Part shown: piece after piece, positions 53,548-64,000 of the stretch | Layout: each line of letters opens with the position of its first letter | How positions within the stretch are numbered: position 1 is the stretch's first letter | Assembly (NCBI GenBank): GCA_041937175.2 | Contig: CP166615.1 | Location: 1,216,001-1,280,000, forward strand | DNA from: Limnothrix sp. BL-A-16 | GTDB taxonomy: Bacteria > Cyanobacteriota > Cyanobacteriia > CACIAM-69d | Direction of reading: 5' to 3' | Length of the DNA stretch: 64,000 bases | The notes under the pieces: model-generated | Databases searched by the model: none | Told to the model about the DNA's origin: nothing | The model's input: the letters and a program-made list of their open reading frames with translations, nothing else | Made by a program: the position numbers and the translations under genes

Positions 53548-53947
53548 GAGGATGTCTGAAAAGCCAAAATCGATACTCTGCACGCCCCATCGATCGACTT
53601 AGACAAGGGGCTTAAGCCCCTTGCCCCCACGACTACTGGTGCTTGCCCGTGCCAAAGAATACTTTTTAAACATCCTCTTAGAGGATGTCTGAAAAGCCAA
53701 AATCAATACTCTGCACGCTCCATTGATCGACGAAGACAAGGGGCTTAAGCCCCTTGCCCCCACGACTACTGGTGCTTGCCCGTGCCAAAGAATACTTTTT
53801 AAACATCCTCTTAGCAGCTATTTAAAAAGCCCGAGATCGATCGACGAAGACAAGGGGCTTAAGCCCCTTGCCCCCACGACTACTGGTGCTTGCCCGTGCC
53901 AAAGAATACTTTTTAAACATCCTCTTAGCAGCTATTTAAAAAGCCCG
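53548..53947. mobile_element. Tandem MITE family A array: 53548-53677, 53681-53810 and a partial third unit from a 114-bp duplication
   Basis: TTA|GAGGATGTCTGAAAAG ... CTTTTTAAACATCCTC|TTA repeated head to tail. Confidence 0.88.
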
Positions 53948-54044
53948 AAACTGAATTTGGGCATGTTTCGCGTTATTAAGTCATGCCGAATATCCTAATC
54001 TAGAACTAAATGAAACCTTGAATAGGCTTGCTACATCGCCAACC

Positions 54045-55247
54045 ATGACCCTCGACCCCCTATCTTGGACTGATTTAGCAGCGCTGACCCAATGGCAACC
54101 GAACTTAGTCCATGGGCCCACCAATTCCCAAGCAAAATTGCGACTCTTTGGGCAACCGGACGCTGAACCCCGTGTCACGCTCTATCGCGATCACCACGCT
54201 TGGTGTCCCTATTGCCAAAAGGTTTGGCTTTGGCTAGAGGAAAAACAAATTCCTTACCGAGTTGAAAAGGTCACGATGTTTTGCTATGGCCAAAAGGAGC
54301 AATGGTATAAACACAAAGTGCCCTCGGGCATGTTGCCGGCCCTGGAACTAGATGGGCATTTGATCACGGAAAGTGATGATATTTTGCTGGCTTTGGAACA
54401 GGCATTTGGGCCATTGGTCTATGGCATGGAATCGGCGCTGGTGTTGCCTTTGCGTCGCTTGGAACGATTGCTGTTTCGGGCTTGGTGCTCGTGGCTTTGC
54501 TACCCAACCTTATCGGAGCAGCAGGAGGCTCGAAATCGGCGGCAATTTTTGGAGGTGGTGACCTCCGTTGAGGCGGCCTTGGCGGCAACTCCTGGGCCTT
54601 ATTTCTTAGATCAGTTCAGTGCAGCGGATGTGATTTTTACGCCCTATGTGGAGCGGATGAATGCCAGTTTGTTTTACTACAAAGGCTATTCATTACGGGA
54701 AGAAAATCCTCGCTTGAAAGATTGGTTTGCGGCGATGGAAACTCGATCGACCTATCGCGGAACCCAAAGCGACTTTCACACCCACGCCCATGATTTACCG
54801 CCACAAATGGGCGGCTGTTGGGAAAATCAAGATCCCCAAACTGCCATGAATCAAACCAAGGTGGATCATGGCCCTTGGTTTGGATTGCCGGATGCAACCT
54901 ATGAGGAACCAGACACGGCCCGATCGGAGGCCCTATTTCGGGTGGTGAAGCATCGGGCGAATTTAATTCGGGTGAATCCCAGTCACGATGAGCTGGTGGA
55001 TCAGGCGCTGCGCTGTGCCCTGACTCGGCTGATGACGGGTGAGGTTTGTGTGCCGCCGCCGGGGTCGGATGTGGCATTGCGATATCTGCGCGATCGAATC
55101 AGCGTGCCTCGGGATATGTCGATTTATGCGGCGAAATATCTGCGTGAAGCCCTGGAAGCGACGGCGGCTTTGGCGGGCGATCGCCAGGGGCCACCGATTC
55201 CCACCAAGCACCGCCGCGATCAGGATCCAGCGAATTTCTTGCGCTGA
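54045..55247 (+). CDS. Glutathione S-transferase family protein (CPYC type)
   Basis: [27 protein letters not shown]. Confidence 0.88.
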   Translation: MTLDPLSWTDLAALTQWQPNLVHGPTNSQAKLRLFGQPDAEPRVTLYRDHHAWCPYCQKVWLWLEEKQIPYRVEKVTMFCYGQKEQWYKHKVPSGMLPALELDGHLITESDDILLALEQAFGPLVYGMESALVLPLRRLERLLFRAWCSWLCYPTLSEQQEARNRRQFLEVVTSVEAALAATPGPYFLDQFSAADVIFTPYVERMNASLFYYKGYSLREENPRLKDWFAAMETRSTYRGTQSDFHTHAHDLPPQMGGCWENQDPQTAMNQTKVDHGPWFGLPDATYEEPDTARSEALFRVVKHRANLIRVNPSHDELVDQALRCALTRLMTGEVCVPPPGSDVALRYLRDRISVPRDMSIYAAKYLREALEATAALAGDRQGPPIPTKHRRDQDPANFLR

Positions 55248-55275
55248 GGATGGATCAAGGGTGGTTGGGGACAGC

Positions 55276-56850
55276 TTAGTTGGGACACGATCGCACCCCA
55301 TACAGCCACAGCACCACCTGATCCAGTGCGGCCCGCAGGTCACGGGTGGGGGTGTTGGCGTGGTCAATCATCAAACTGAAGGCCACGGGCCCCCATTCGG
55401 GATGATCCAGGTAGCCAGACAGGGCCACCACGCCGGTCAGCGTACCGGTTTTGGCCCGCAACCGGCCCACTAGGGGCGTGTCCCGAAAGCGGCTGGCCAA
55501 CGTGCCGGTTTCCCCCGCGATCGGCAGGGAATTTTCGTAAATCTGGGCATGGGGCGATCGAGCCATGATTGTCAGCAGTTGCACGATCGCCTCGGGGCTA
55601 ACCAAGTTTTGGCGCGACAGGCCCGCACCATCCACCAGCCGATAGGCCGCCGGATCCAAACCCAAGTCCGTCAAAACGGTTGTCAGCCGCTCCATGGGGC
55701 GATCGGGATCCAACCAACGCAAAAGGGCCTCCGCCCCCAGATTATCGCTGGCCTGGTTTACCTGGCTGATCACCGCCGCCAGGTTGGCCGATGCCAGTTC
55801 CGCCGTGGGCTGTCCCAAGGGCGCGGGCGGATTCCGCAGATTCACGATCGGGACAACGGGCGGATTCCGAAACCGATCGTAGGCAGGGGCAGGCAGGGGG
55901 GACATTTCCAAGGGCGATCGCTGCCAATTCACGGTCGGCGGCGACGGTGAAGTCACCAACGGGCGCGATCTCACCTGGCGAAAAAATTGCTCCGACAGGC
56001 GATCGGCCATGAGCCAAGCAAATTGTTGGCCCGGCTGGGGATGGGCCACTTCCGCCTGAGCCGATGTGCCCATGGGCAACCCCCCAGTGAACAGAATCAA
56101 TCCCGTTTGTCGATCGCGCTGCAATTGCCAGGTCGGTTCCGCGTCGGCCGGCAAGGCCTGAAATCCCCGAGGCTGAAACCAATTCAACAATCCTTCCACT
56201 GGCTCTTGGGTTTGCACTTCCAAACTGGGCGCGCCGTCCAAAACCTGGGGGCGAAAGGTCAAGGAAACGGCGTTGCGATCGACCATGGCCCGGTTCACCA
56301 CGGGCGCATAACCATAGGTCAAATCATCCCATTCCCAACTGGGCGGGGTTTCTGGGCGATCGAACACCACCACATCCAGGGACTCCGTGGGTGGGTGCAA
56401 CGTCGCCAGGCGATCGGCCCAGGCCTGGAGCTGTTGGTGGGTGACGGTGGGGTCGCCACCGGGCACAATCCACCAGGCGGGCCGGGGTTGAGTAGCGCTT
56501 TTGGGTCGCCAATAGGCCCTTGTGGGCGATCGAAACTCGGGGCCCAACGCCGCCAGGGCCGCCGCCGTAGAAAACAACTTGGCGTTGGAGGCCGGCACAA
56601 AGAATTGCTGAGCTTGGCCCTGAATTAAGGTTTGGGGATTGGCAGGATCCAAAGTGCGGGCCAGGAATCCCCAGTGCGATCGGGCCCAACGGGGATCCTG
56701 TTGCCATTGGGAGATCGCGGAGGGCAAGTCCGCCAAGCAACGGGGTTGGGCTAGCTCCTTGGCCCCGGCAGTTCCAGCGCTCAACAGCCCGATCGCCCCG
56801 ATCGCCGTCAACCCTTGAACAGCCCAGCGTCCCTTGATTCGATCGTCCAT
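55276..56850 (-). CDS. dacB: D-Ala-D-Ala carboxypeptidase/endopeptidase (S13, PBP4-like)
   Basis: PASNAK (SxxK), SDN, KTGTL. Confidence 0.9.
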   Translation of the reverse strand: MDDRIKGRWAVQGLTAIGAIGLLSAGTAGAKELAQPRCLADLPSAISQWQQDPRWARSHWGFLARTLDPANPQTLIQGQAQQFFVPASNAKLFSTAAALAALGPEFRSPTRAYWRPKSATQPRPAWWIVPGGDPTVTHQQLQAWADRLATLHPPTESLDVVVFDRPETPPSWEWDDLTYGYAPVVNRAMVDRNAVSLTFRPQVLDGAPSLEVQTQEPVEGLLNWFQPRGFQALPADAEPTWQLQRDRQTGLILFTGGLPMGTSAQAEVAHPQPGQQFAWLMADRLSEQFFRQVRSRPLVTSPSPPTVNWQRSPLEMSPLPAPAYDRFRNPPVVPIVNLRNPPAPLGQPTAELASANLAAVISQVNQASDNLGAEALLRWLDPDRPMERLTTVLTDLGLDPAAYRLVDGAGLSRQNLVSPEAIVQLLTIMARSPHAQIYENSLPIAGETGTLASRFRDTPLVGRLRAKTGTLTGVVALSGYLDHPEWGPVAFSLMIDHANTPTRDLRAALDQVVLWLYGVRSCPN

Positions 56851-57213
56851 GACAATGTTTATTGACAAGATCTACACAAGATCTACATGAAAACGCTCAT
56901 TAACCGTCCATTAGACTGCAATTCGCTCACCGGGCTTCAGCGCCAACTCAGCTCTAACTCAACGCCTAGTCAAGTCCCAATCCAGATCCAAATCCAGATC
57001 CAATTCAGATCTAAGTTGCAGCCATGACAGATTGCTCCCGTCGCCGCCCCCTACAATAGGAGGCAGTCGAGCTTCTGAACCGCCTTCCCAGTTCTAGGCG
57101 ATCAATCCTCCTAATCTCATTGGTAGCCATCCTGCCAGGGCGATCGACCCGATCGCGCCCCCCATTTTCACTGCCCCATCCAACTGATCGCCGTTTTCGA
57201 TTTTTCCTAATTT

Positions 57214-58344
57214 ATGGAGTTTCAGCTCACCGAACGCCAAGAGCGCATTTTGTTCGCCACCATCCGTCACTACATCTCCACGGCCGAGCCAGTGGGGTCA
57301 AAGGTGCTGGTGGAAGAATATCAACTGGATGCGAGTCCGGCGACGGTGCGAAATGCCATGGGGGCCTTGGAAAAGGCCGGCTTGCTCTACCAACCCCACA
57401 CGTCGGCCGGGCGCGTCCCATCGGACTCGGGCTATCGAGTCTATGTCGATCGCTGCGCCGTCCCGTCCGATCGCACAGCCCAAAAGGTGAATCAGCTCCT
57501 GAGCGATCGCCTGGATGCTTCGTCGCCCCACTTGGAAGTGTTGCTGAAGGGAGCGGCCCAGTTGTTGGCTCGCCTCAGCGGTTGCATTGCGGCGATCGCC
57601 CTGCCCCAAACCCGCACGGTTCAAGTGCGCCATGTGCGACTGCTGCCCATGGAGGTCGATCGGGTGATGCTGTTGGTGGTGACGGATGATTACCAAAGCC
57701 ATTCCGCGATCGTGCCCTTACCGAACACCGAAGAAGCTCCCCTCCCGGATCCAGAAACCCTGGAGCGGGAATTGGTAATTTTGTCCAACTTTTTGGATGC
57801 TCGCTTGCGGGATCACTCCCTCTTGGCCGTGGCCCATCTGGATTGGGATGAGCTGGGCCGGGAGTTCGATCGCCGGGGCCAAGCTCTGCGGGAAGCTTTG
57901 ATTCATTTGGCGCGCCGGGCCCAAACCCCGATCGCCACCCGAATTTTGATTAGCGGCGTGTCGGAGGTGTTGCGCCAACCGGAGTTTTCGGAGCTGCAAC
58001 AGGTGCAAACCCTGATTCATTTGCTAGAAGCGGAACAGGATCAACTGTGGTCGCTGATTTTTGATGAGCCGGAAGATGAGCGCCGGGTGCGCATTCGCAT
58101 TGGCATGGAAAACCCCTGGGAACCCATTCAGGGTTACACGCTCATTTCTTCCCTCTATGGCAACGGCCGATCACCCCTTGGCAGCGTGGGCATTTTGGGC
58201 CCCACCCGGCTGGATTACGATCGGGCGATCGCGGCCGTGGGAGCCACCGCCGACTATCTATCCGAGGTCATGGGCGCGTCGGGATCGGAACTGCTAGCAG
58301 GTCGCTACCACCCGGCGATCGGCAACCCCGACAGTCCCAGTTAA
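57214..58344 (+). CDS. hrcA: Heat-inducible transcription repressor
   Basis: AEPVGSK, SPATVRN, QPHTSAGRVPSDSGYR, GPTRLDY. Confidence 0.96.
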   Translation: MEFQLTERQERILFATIRHYISTAEPVGSKVLVEEYQLDASPATVRNAMGALEKAGLLYQPHTSAGRVPSDSGYRVYVDRCAVPSDRTAQKVNQLLSDRLDASSPHLEVLLKGAAQLLARLSGCIAAIALPQTRTVQVRHVRLLPMEVDRVMLLVVTDDYQSHSAIVPLPNTEEAPLPDPETLERELVILSNFLDARLRDHSLLAVAHLDWDELGREFDRRGQALREALIHLARRAQTPIATRILISGVSEVLRQPEFSELQQVQTLIHLLEAEQDQLWSLIFDEPEDERRVRIRIGMENPWEPIQGYTLISSLYGNGRSPLGSVGILGPTRLDYDRAIAAVGATADYLSEVMGASGSELLAGRYHPAIGNPDSPS

Positions 58345-58489
58345 CTGCGCCCAATCCATGGACATCAGCGCTTGAGACGAGGAGTGAGAGTGGTTACCAG
58401 ACCCGATCGCCCAGGGCGCTTCCGGGTGCAACGAACGGCCCCGCCCGTGGCAAGATAGGGGCGATCGATTCGCAGGAGCAACGACCATC

Positions 58490-59443
58490 TTGGAAGTGAC
58501 GTTTTTGGGCACGAGTTCTGGCGTACCGACCCGATCGCGCAACGTTTCCAGTTTGGTGTTGCGGTTGCCTCAGCGGGCCGAAGCTTGGTTATTTGACTGT
58601 GGCGAAGGCACGCAACATCAGCTTTTGCGCAGTGAAGTGCGATCGAGCCAAATCACCCGCATTTTCATCACCCACATGCATGGGGATCATATCTTTGGGT
58701 TGATGGGATTGTTGGCCAGTTCTGGCTTGGCGGGGCAACCTCACCCGATCGATCTCTATGGGCCCGCTGGCCTCTCGGACTATCTCAAAGCCTGTCAGCG
58801 CTATTCCCAAACCCGGTTTTCTTTTCCCGTCAAAGTCCACACCGTGGAACCGGGCAAGATTTTTGAAGACGACGAGTTCACGGTGCATTGCCAACTGCTG
58901 GAGCACCGGGTTCCGGCCTACGGTTACGCGGTCACGGAAAAAGATCGCCCCGGCCGGTTCGACATCGACAAAGCCCGCGCCCTGGAAATTCCCGCCGGCC
59001 CGGTCTACGGCCGCCTGAAGCGCGGCGAAACCGTCACCCTGCCCGATGGCCGCACGATCAACGGCCAAACCCTCTGTGCGCCGCCAGAGCCAGGACGTAA
59101 ATGGGTTTATTGCACCGATACGATTTTTTGTGAGCGATCGATCGAGCTAGCCCAGGATGCCGATGTGCTGATCCACGAGGCCACCTTTGCCCACGCAGAT
59201 TCACAATTGGCCTTTGAGCGGCTCCATTCCACCACCACCATGGCCGCCCAAGTGGCCTTGGCGGCGCAGGTCAAAACCCTGATCATCACGCACTTCAGCC
59301 CCCGCTATGCCCCGGGCAACGCGATCGACTTCCACGATTTGCTGAACGAAGCCCGAATGATTTTTCCCAACACGGAAATGGCCAAGGACTTTTGGAGCTA
59401 TGAAGTGCCCCGCCGCCGGGCGATCGACCTAGCCTCTGCTTAG
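58490..59443 (+). CDS. rnz: Ribonuclease Z
   Basis: FLGTSSGVP, DCGEGTQ, THMHGDH, HEATF, THFSPRY; AGGAG RBS, TTG start. Confidence 0.95.
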   Translation: MEVTFLGTSSGVPTRSRNVSSLVLRLPQRAEAWLFDCGEGTQHQLLRSEVRSSQITRIFITHMHGDHIFGLMGLLASSGLAGQPHPIDLYGPAGLSDYLKACQRYSQTRFSFPVKVHTVEPGKIFEDDEFTVHCQLLEHRVPAYGYAVTEKDRPGRFDIDKARALEIPAGPVYGRLKRGETVTLPDGRTINGQTLCAPPEPGRKWVYCTDTIFCERSIELAQDADVLIHEATFAHADSQLAFERLHSTTTMAAQVALAAQVKTLIITHFSPRYAPGNAIDFHDLLNEARMIFPNTEMAKDFWSYEVPRRRAIDLASA

Positions 59444-59682
59444 GGTTAATCAGCGGTTAAATAACAGCAATCAACCCAGAGCCAGTTAACGCTGGTTAAC
59501 AACACTGGTTAACAACACTGATTAACGCCGGTTAAGCGTCGGTGATTAACATCGATCCATATTAATCAGTGCCAATCAACCGATCAATTGGCGATGCCTC
59601 AGATCGATCGAGTCTGTGCGCCATGACCCGCCGAATTGCGAGTCGCACGGTATAGTTACCCCAATCCGTTTTTCGCGCAACC

Positions 59683-61107
59683 ATGTACGACAAGATTACG
59701 CCCCCCACCGTTGGTGAAAAAATTCGCTTTGAAAACGGTCAGCCGATCGTTCCCGACAACCCGATCGTTCCCTTCATTCGCGGAGACGGCACAGGCGTTG
59801 ACCTTTGGCCCGCCAGCCAACGCGTGCTCGATGCGGCGATCGAAAAAGCCTACGGTGGTCAGCGCAAAATCTCCTGGTTCAAGGTCTATGCGGGCGACGA
59901 AGCCTGCGAAGTCTACGGAACCTATCAATACCTTCCCGAAGATACCCTCACGGCCATTCGGGAATATGGCATAGCGATTAAAGGCCCCCTCACGACTCCC
60001 GTGGGCGGCGGCATTCGATCGCTCAACGTGGCCCTGCGGCAAATTTTTGATCTCTACGCCTGCGTTCGGCCCTGTAAGTATTACAACGGCACGCCCTCTC
60101 CCCATAAAAGCCCCGAAAAACTGGACGTGATTATCTATCGGGAAAACACCGAAGATATCTACCTCGGCATTGAGTGGAAACAGGGCACTCCCGGCTGCGA
60201 TCAATTGATTGATTTTCTAAACAATCAACTGATTCCCGAAACTCCGGAACTGAAAAACAAACAGATTCGGTTAGATTCCGGCATCAGCATCAAACCCATC
60301 AGCATCACCGGTTCCCAGCGCCTGGTTCGCCGGGCCATTGAAAACGCCCTGCGGTTGCCCAAACATAAACAGGCCGTGACCTTGGTACACAAGGGCAACA
60401 TTATGAAATACACCGAAGGAGCCTTCCGGGATTGGGGCTATGCGGTGGCAACCGGTGAATTTCGCGCCGAATGCGTGACTGAGCGGGAATCGTGGATTCT
60501 GAGCAATAAAGAGAAAAATCCTGACCTGTCGATCGAGGACAACGCCAAGCTGATTGACCCCGGCTATGACAGTTACCCCGCCGAAAAACGGGAAGTCATT
60601 TGCCAAGAAGTGCGCGAAGTTCTGGAAGCAATTTGGGACAGCCACGGCAACGGCCAATGGAAGGAAAAAGTGATGGTCAACGATCGGATCGCTGACAACA
60701 TTTTCCAACAGATTCAAATTCGCCCCGATGAATATTCAATTCTGGCGACCATGAACCTGAATGGTGATTATTTGTCCGATGCGGCCGCCGCGATCGCGGG
60801 TGGTTTGGGCATGGCTCCGGGGGCCAACATTGGTGACAATGCGGCCATTTTTGAAGCCACCCACGGCACTGCGCCCAAATATGCCGGATTGGATCAGCTC
60901 AATCCAGGATCGGTGATTTTGTCCGGCGTAATGATGTTGGAATTCATGGGCTGGCAAGAGGCGGCCGATCTGATTAAGACCGGTTTGGCCAAGTCGATCG
61001 AACAGCGGGAAGTGACCTATGATTTGGCTCGGCAGATGGAGCCGCCCGTTAACCCACCGCTCAAGTGCTCGGAATTTGCCAGCGCCATCATCAAAAACCT
61101 TGGCTAG
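59683..61107 (+). CDS. icd: NADP-dependent isocitrate dehydrogenase
   Basis: [42 protein letters not shown]. Confidence 0.97.
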   Translation: MYDKITPPTVGEKIRFENGQPIVPDNPIVPFIRGDGTGVDLWPASQRVLDAAIEKAYGGQRKISWFKVYAGDEACEVYGTYQYLPEDTLTAIREYGIAIKGPLTTPVGGGIRSLNVALRQIFDLYACVRPCKYYNGTPSPHKSPEKLDVIIYRENTEDIYLGIEWKQGTPGCDQLIDFLNNQLIPETPELKNKQIRLDSGISIKPISITGSQRLVRRAIENALRLPKHKQAVTLVHKGNIMKYTEGAFRDWGYAVATGEFRAECVTERESWILSNKEKNPDLSIEDNAKLIDPGYDSYPAEKREVICQEVREVLEAIWDSHGNGQWKEKVMVNDRIADNIFQQIQIRPDEYSILATMNLNGDYLSDAAAAIAGGLGMAPGANIGDNAAIFEATHGTAPKYAGLDQLNPGSVILSGVMMLEFMGWQEAADLIKTGLAKSIEQREVTYDLARQMEPPVNPPLKCSEFASAIIKNLG

Positions 61108-61122
61108 AGAAAACTACAGCTA

Positions 61123-61341
61123 GGGCCTGTCGTCATTTTCTGGAAGCACGTGAAAGCGGTTAAGTCTCCATCCCCTAACCGCCTTAGGCAAGGGGTTTAA
61201 GCTCTGTTGTCATTCTCTGGGATCCAGTGAAAACGGTTGATCTTCCACAATCCAACCACCCTAGACAAGGGGCTTAAGCCCCTTGCTCCCACGATCCGCC
61301 AACCGTGGAATCAGGGTTTCAGGCGATTTGACGACAAGCCC
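61123..61341. mobile_element. MITE family B, copy 2, with a diverged 77-bp internal duplication
   Basis: TA|GGGCCTGTCGTCA ... TGACGACAAGCCC|TA; palindromes at 61190 (degenerate) and 61267. Confidence 0.8.
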
Positions 61342-61828
61342 TAAGCCCCTTATCCCTCATGAGATCATTACGATGGCTCGATCGGCCCTCAACCTAATCG
61401 CCCTAAACCATCACTGGTCAATCATGGCTGACCAATTTCAATCTCGATTCCCAATTCATTTAATACCAATCAGCATGAACCCTGGAACTTCAAAGCGACT
61501 GGCTTTGATGGCGACTATTTGATGGCGACTATTTGATGGCGATTATTGAATGCCGATCGATGGTATAAACCATGACTTCATAGCCCAAATTGAGTTAATT
61601 TCAAAGCAGCCTGTTGTTGGCAATTTTCTTGAAATTGGCCGAAGTGTCTGCAAAAGATGCTGTTAAGTTCTGGTTTATACAATTAGTCGCCTGTTTCTAA
61701 AAGTCGGGTTATGGTGATGAAGAATTCCTTCACAGGGGTTTCTTTTCGGTCAATCTCGATCAAATTCAATTAATTGCAGTTTGCTGCGGTCTTTCACCCC
61801 TTTTGAACAGAAGCGTGATTTGGAACGA

Positions 61829-62167
61829 ATGCTAATGGATACCGTGACTGTGCAAGATTTAGCAGCCTATTTGCGCGAACCGACCGGACTGGTGCAACTG
61901 GTGGATGTGCGGGAACCCCAAGAATTGGCCTTGTCGCAACTCCCTGGATTTATTAATTTGCCCCTGAGTGAATATGAGCAATGGAGCACCATGATCGAGT
62001 CAATCCTGAACTTTGATCAGGAAACCTGGGTGATCTGTCACCACGGGTTGCGATCGGCTCAAATGTGTCAGTGGCTGGAGGGGAAGGGTTGTCAAATCGT
62101 GAAAAACATCACAGGCGGCATTCATGCCTATGCGCTGGAGATCGATCGCTCAGTGCCCCTTTACTAG
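61829..62167 (+). CDS. Rhodanese-like protein
   Basis: VDVREPQE, CHHGLRS, GGIHAY. Confidence 0.9.
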   Translation: MLMDTVTVQDLAAYLREPTGLVQLVDVREPQELALSQLPGFINLPLSEYEQWSTMIESILNFDQETWVICHHGLRSAQMCQWLEGKGCQIVKNITGGIHAYALEIDRSVPLY

Positions 62168-62333
62168 GTTTTCTCTGGAGTTACTGAGGTCTTTCAACTA
62201 AACAGAACGCGATTTGATTGGCTGAAATTGGCTGAAGTTAATTGACGTGATCTGAAGTTGCTGAAATTGGCTGAATGATCTGAAGCTGCTGAAGTGACTT
62301 GAGTTGCCCTGAGTTGATCCCACACCACAGAAC

Positions 62334-64000
62334 TCAGTGGGACAACTCACCGCTTGGGCAAGCCCGATCGCGACCACGGGTTTTGGCTTCAAACAGGGCC
62401 AAGTCAGCCGCAGCCACCAGCGCCGAGGGATCCAAATTGGCACGCGGAATCAGACTGGCGGCCCCCAAGCTCAGGGTCACGATCGAAGCCACGGGCGAAT
62501 AGGCATGGGGAATTTGCAAGTCGCGAATCGTTTCGAGAATGCCATGCGCCACCGTCATGGCTCCGTCGATGTGGGTTTCCGGCAAAATCACCGCAAATTC
62601 TTCCCCCCCATAACGAAATGTGAGATCCGTTGATCGCTTCACGGCCTGGGCGATCGAGCGGGCCACCTGGCGCAGGCAATCATCCCCCGCCAAATGGCCA
62701 TAGCGATCGTTATAGGTTTTGAACGAGTCAATATCGCCTACCAAAATTGCCAGGGGCGATTGTTGGCGCAAGGCCCTTTGCCACTCTCGGGCCAGAGCCT
62801 CATCAAAACTGCGGCGGTTAGAAATGCCCGTCAGGCCATCCAACGTAGCCAGCCGCTCCAACTTTCGGTTAGCCAACTCCAACCGTCGATATAACTCCGC
62901 CTGTTGAATCGCGATCGCCAGTTGGCCGGCCAATTGCTTTAAGAACTCAATTTCCCAGGCTTGCCAACTGTGGGGTTCGTGCCACTGATACACCACCAAC
63001 AGTCCCCACTGATCATCTCCAAGCGGATTAGGCGTATGTCCCGTGGTGGTCCCGCCTTCTGGGCGATCGTCCATTTTCAGCGGCAACACTGGCACCGCTT
63101 CCCCTCGCAAAATGGGTACGGCTAAAATGGCGCGCACTCCCGCCTGGGCAATGGCATCCCGGTAAGCAGCCGGCCAGCGATCGTCCGCCAACACATCCTC
63201 CACCTCCCAAATCTCATGCTTCACGAGGTAGAGCAACCGCTCCAGGCCCGCCCCGTCGGTCACCGCCTCGCTGCCACAGACTGGACGAGCGGCATCACGG
63301 CAATTGATCGCCGACAGCTCCAGCGCATGGGTGCTGGATGGGTCAGAGTCCGATCGACTCGCCATCCCCGCCGGAGTCAAGTGACGATAGATGGCCGTTT
63401 GATCCACCCCCAACACTTCGCGCACCGTTTGCACCGTCGTTTGCAGAATTTCCCCCAAATCTAGCGATCGGCGAATTTGCTGGGTCACTTGGCTTAGGAG
63501 TTGTTCCCGTTCCGCCTGTTGCCACAGCAGGGCCTCCGCCTGTTGCCGTTCCGTAATATCCGTAATCACACCCAGCAGTTGCCGTTGGGTTGAATTGGGC
63601 AACATCAAGGGCTTTTTAATGGTTTGAAACCAACGCACTTCGCCCGTTGAGCTGCGGCGCGGCTCCTGGGCAATATATTTTTCTTGCATGGTTTCAATAA
63701 TCGATTCTTCCTCCCGCTGGCTATGTTGCACCTGGGCCGAGTTTCCGCCCAGTTCTGCTTCTGTTTTGCCCAGCATTCGCCCGGGCGTTGTGTTGTAAAA
63801 CGTTGCCAAAGCTTCATTAACTAGGGTGAATCGCCCCCGCTCATCCTTCACAAAAATAAAGTTTGGATTCGCGTCAACAATTGCCCGCAAAAACGACTCC
63901 TGCCGTTGCAATTCTTCGCGGTTGTGGCGCAGGTCATCCAAAATTTGTTGCCGCTCGATCGCATAGCGCATGGCCCGCGACAGCAAATTTGGCCGCAATT
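62334..64000 (-). CDS. Diguanylate cyclase (PAS-GAF-GGDEF); 5' end outside the window
   Basis: DGLTGISNRR, YNDRYGH, RSTD I-site, RYGGEEF. Confidence 0.93.
   Translation of the reverse strand, partial: LRPNLLSRAMRYAIERQQILDDLRHNREELQRQESFLRAIVDANPNFIFVKDERGRFTLVNEALATFYNTTPGRMLGKTEAELGGNSAQVQHSQREEESIIETMQEKYIAQEPRRSSTGEVRWFQTIKKPLMLPNSTQRQLLGVITDITERQQAEALLWQQAEREQLLSQVTQQIRRSLDLGEILQTTVQTVREVLGVDQTAIYRHLTPAGMASRSDSDPSSTHALELSAINCRDAARPVCGSEAVTDGAGLERLLYLVKHEIWEVEDVLADDRWPAAYRDAIAQAGVRAILAVPILRGEAVPVLPLKMDDRPEGGTTTGHTPNPLGDDQWGLLVVYQWHEPHSWQAWEIEFLKQLAGQLAIAIQQAELYRRLELANRKLERLATLDGLTGISNRRSFDEALAREWQRALRQQSPLAILVGDIDSFKTYNDRYGHLAGDDCLRQVARSIAQAVKRSTDLTFRYGGEEFAVILPETHIDGAMTVAHGILETIRDLQIPHAYSPVASIVTLSLGAASLIPRANLDPSALVAAADLALFEAKTRGRDRACPSGELSH

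Noticed and set aside
53548..53947. CRISPR array
   Set aside because: Sequences between palindromes are near-identical rather than unique spacers; units have TIRs and TTA junctions; no cas genes.
59560..59682. NtcA box upstream of icd
   Set aside because: No GTA-N8-TAC found; only a candidate TATAGT -10 box.

Overview
Cyanobacterial chromosome segment, moderately GC-rich and dense in HIP1 (GCGATCGC); a Limnothrix/Pseudanabaenaceae-like genome is inferred. Most genes are housekeeping or metabolic (gap1, gap2, purH, sir, murB/murC, ileS, hrcA, rnz, icd, peroxiredoxin, S41 protease, dacB, pedR), plus EPS-export genes, a CHAT protease and two signalling proteins. An accessory zone at about 27.9-40.5 kb holds a dead IS630 element, an M.SinI/M.AvaII-like m5C methyltransferase convergent with a low-GC NucC/DUF6602-like nuclease, a low-GC HEPN protein, further PD-(D/E)xK proteins and an orphan proteobacterial-type CheY. 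Most notable non-coding observations: (1) two homologous ~166-nt orphan modules resembling the 3' tail of tnpB plus the IS200/IS605 right end (the omegaRNA region), with no tnpB, each lying sense-oriented just upstream of a core gene (peroxiredoxin, gap2); (2) one REP-like palindrome (AAGGGGCTTAAGCCCCTT, 12 exact copies found by eye) carried inside two unrelated MITE families and repeatedly associated with local tandem duplications. All calls come from reading motifs; no database searches were run.
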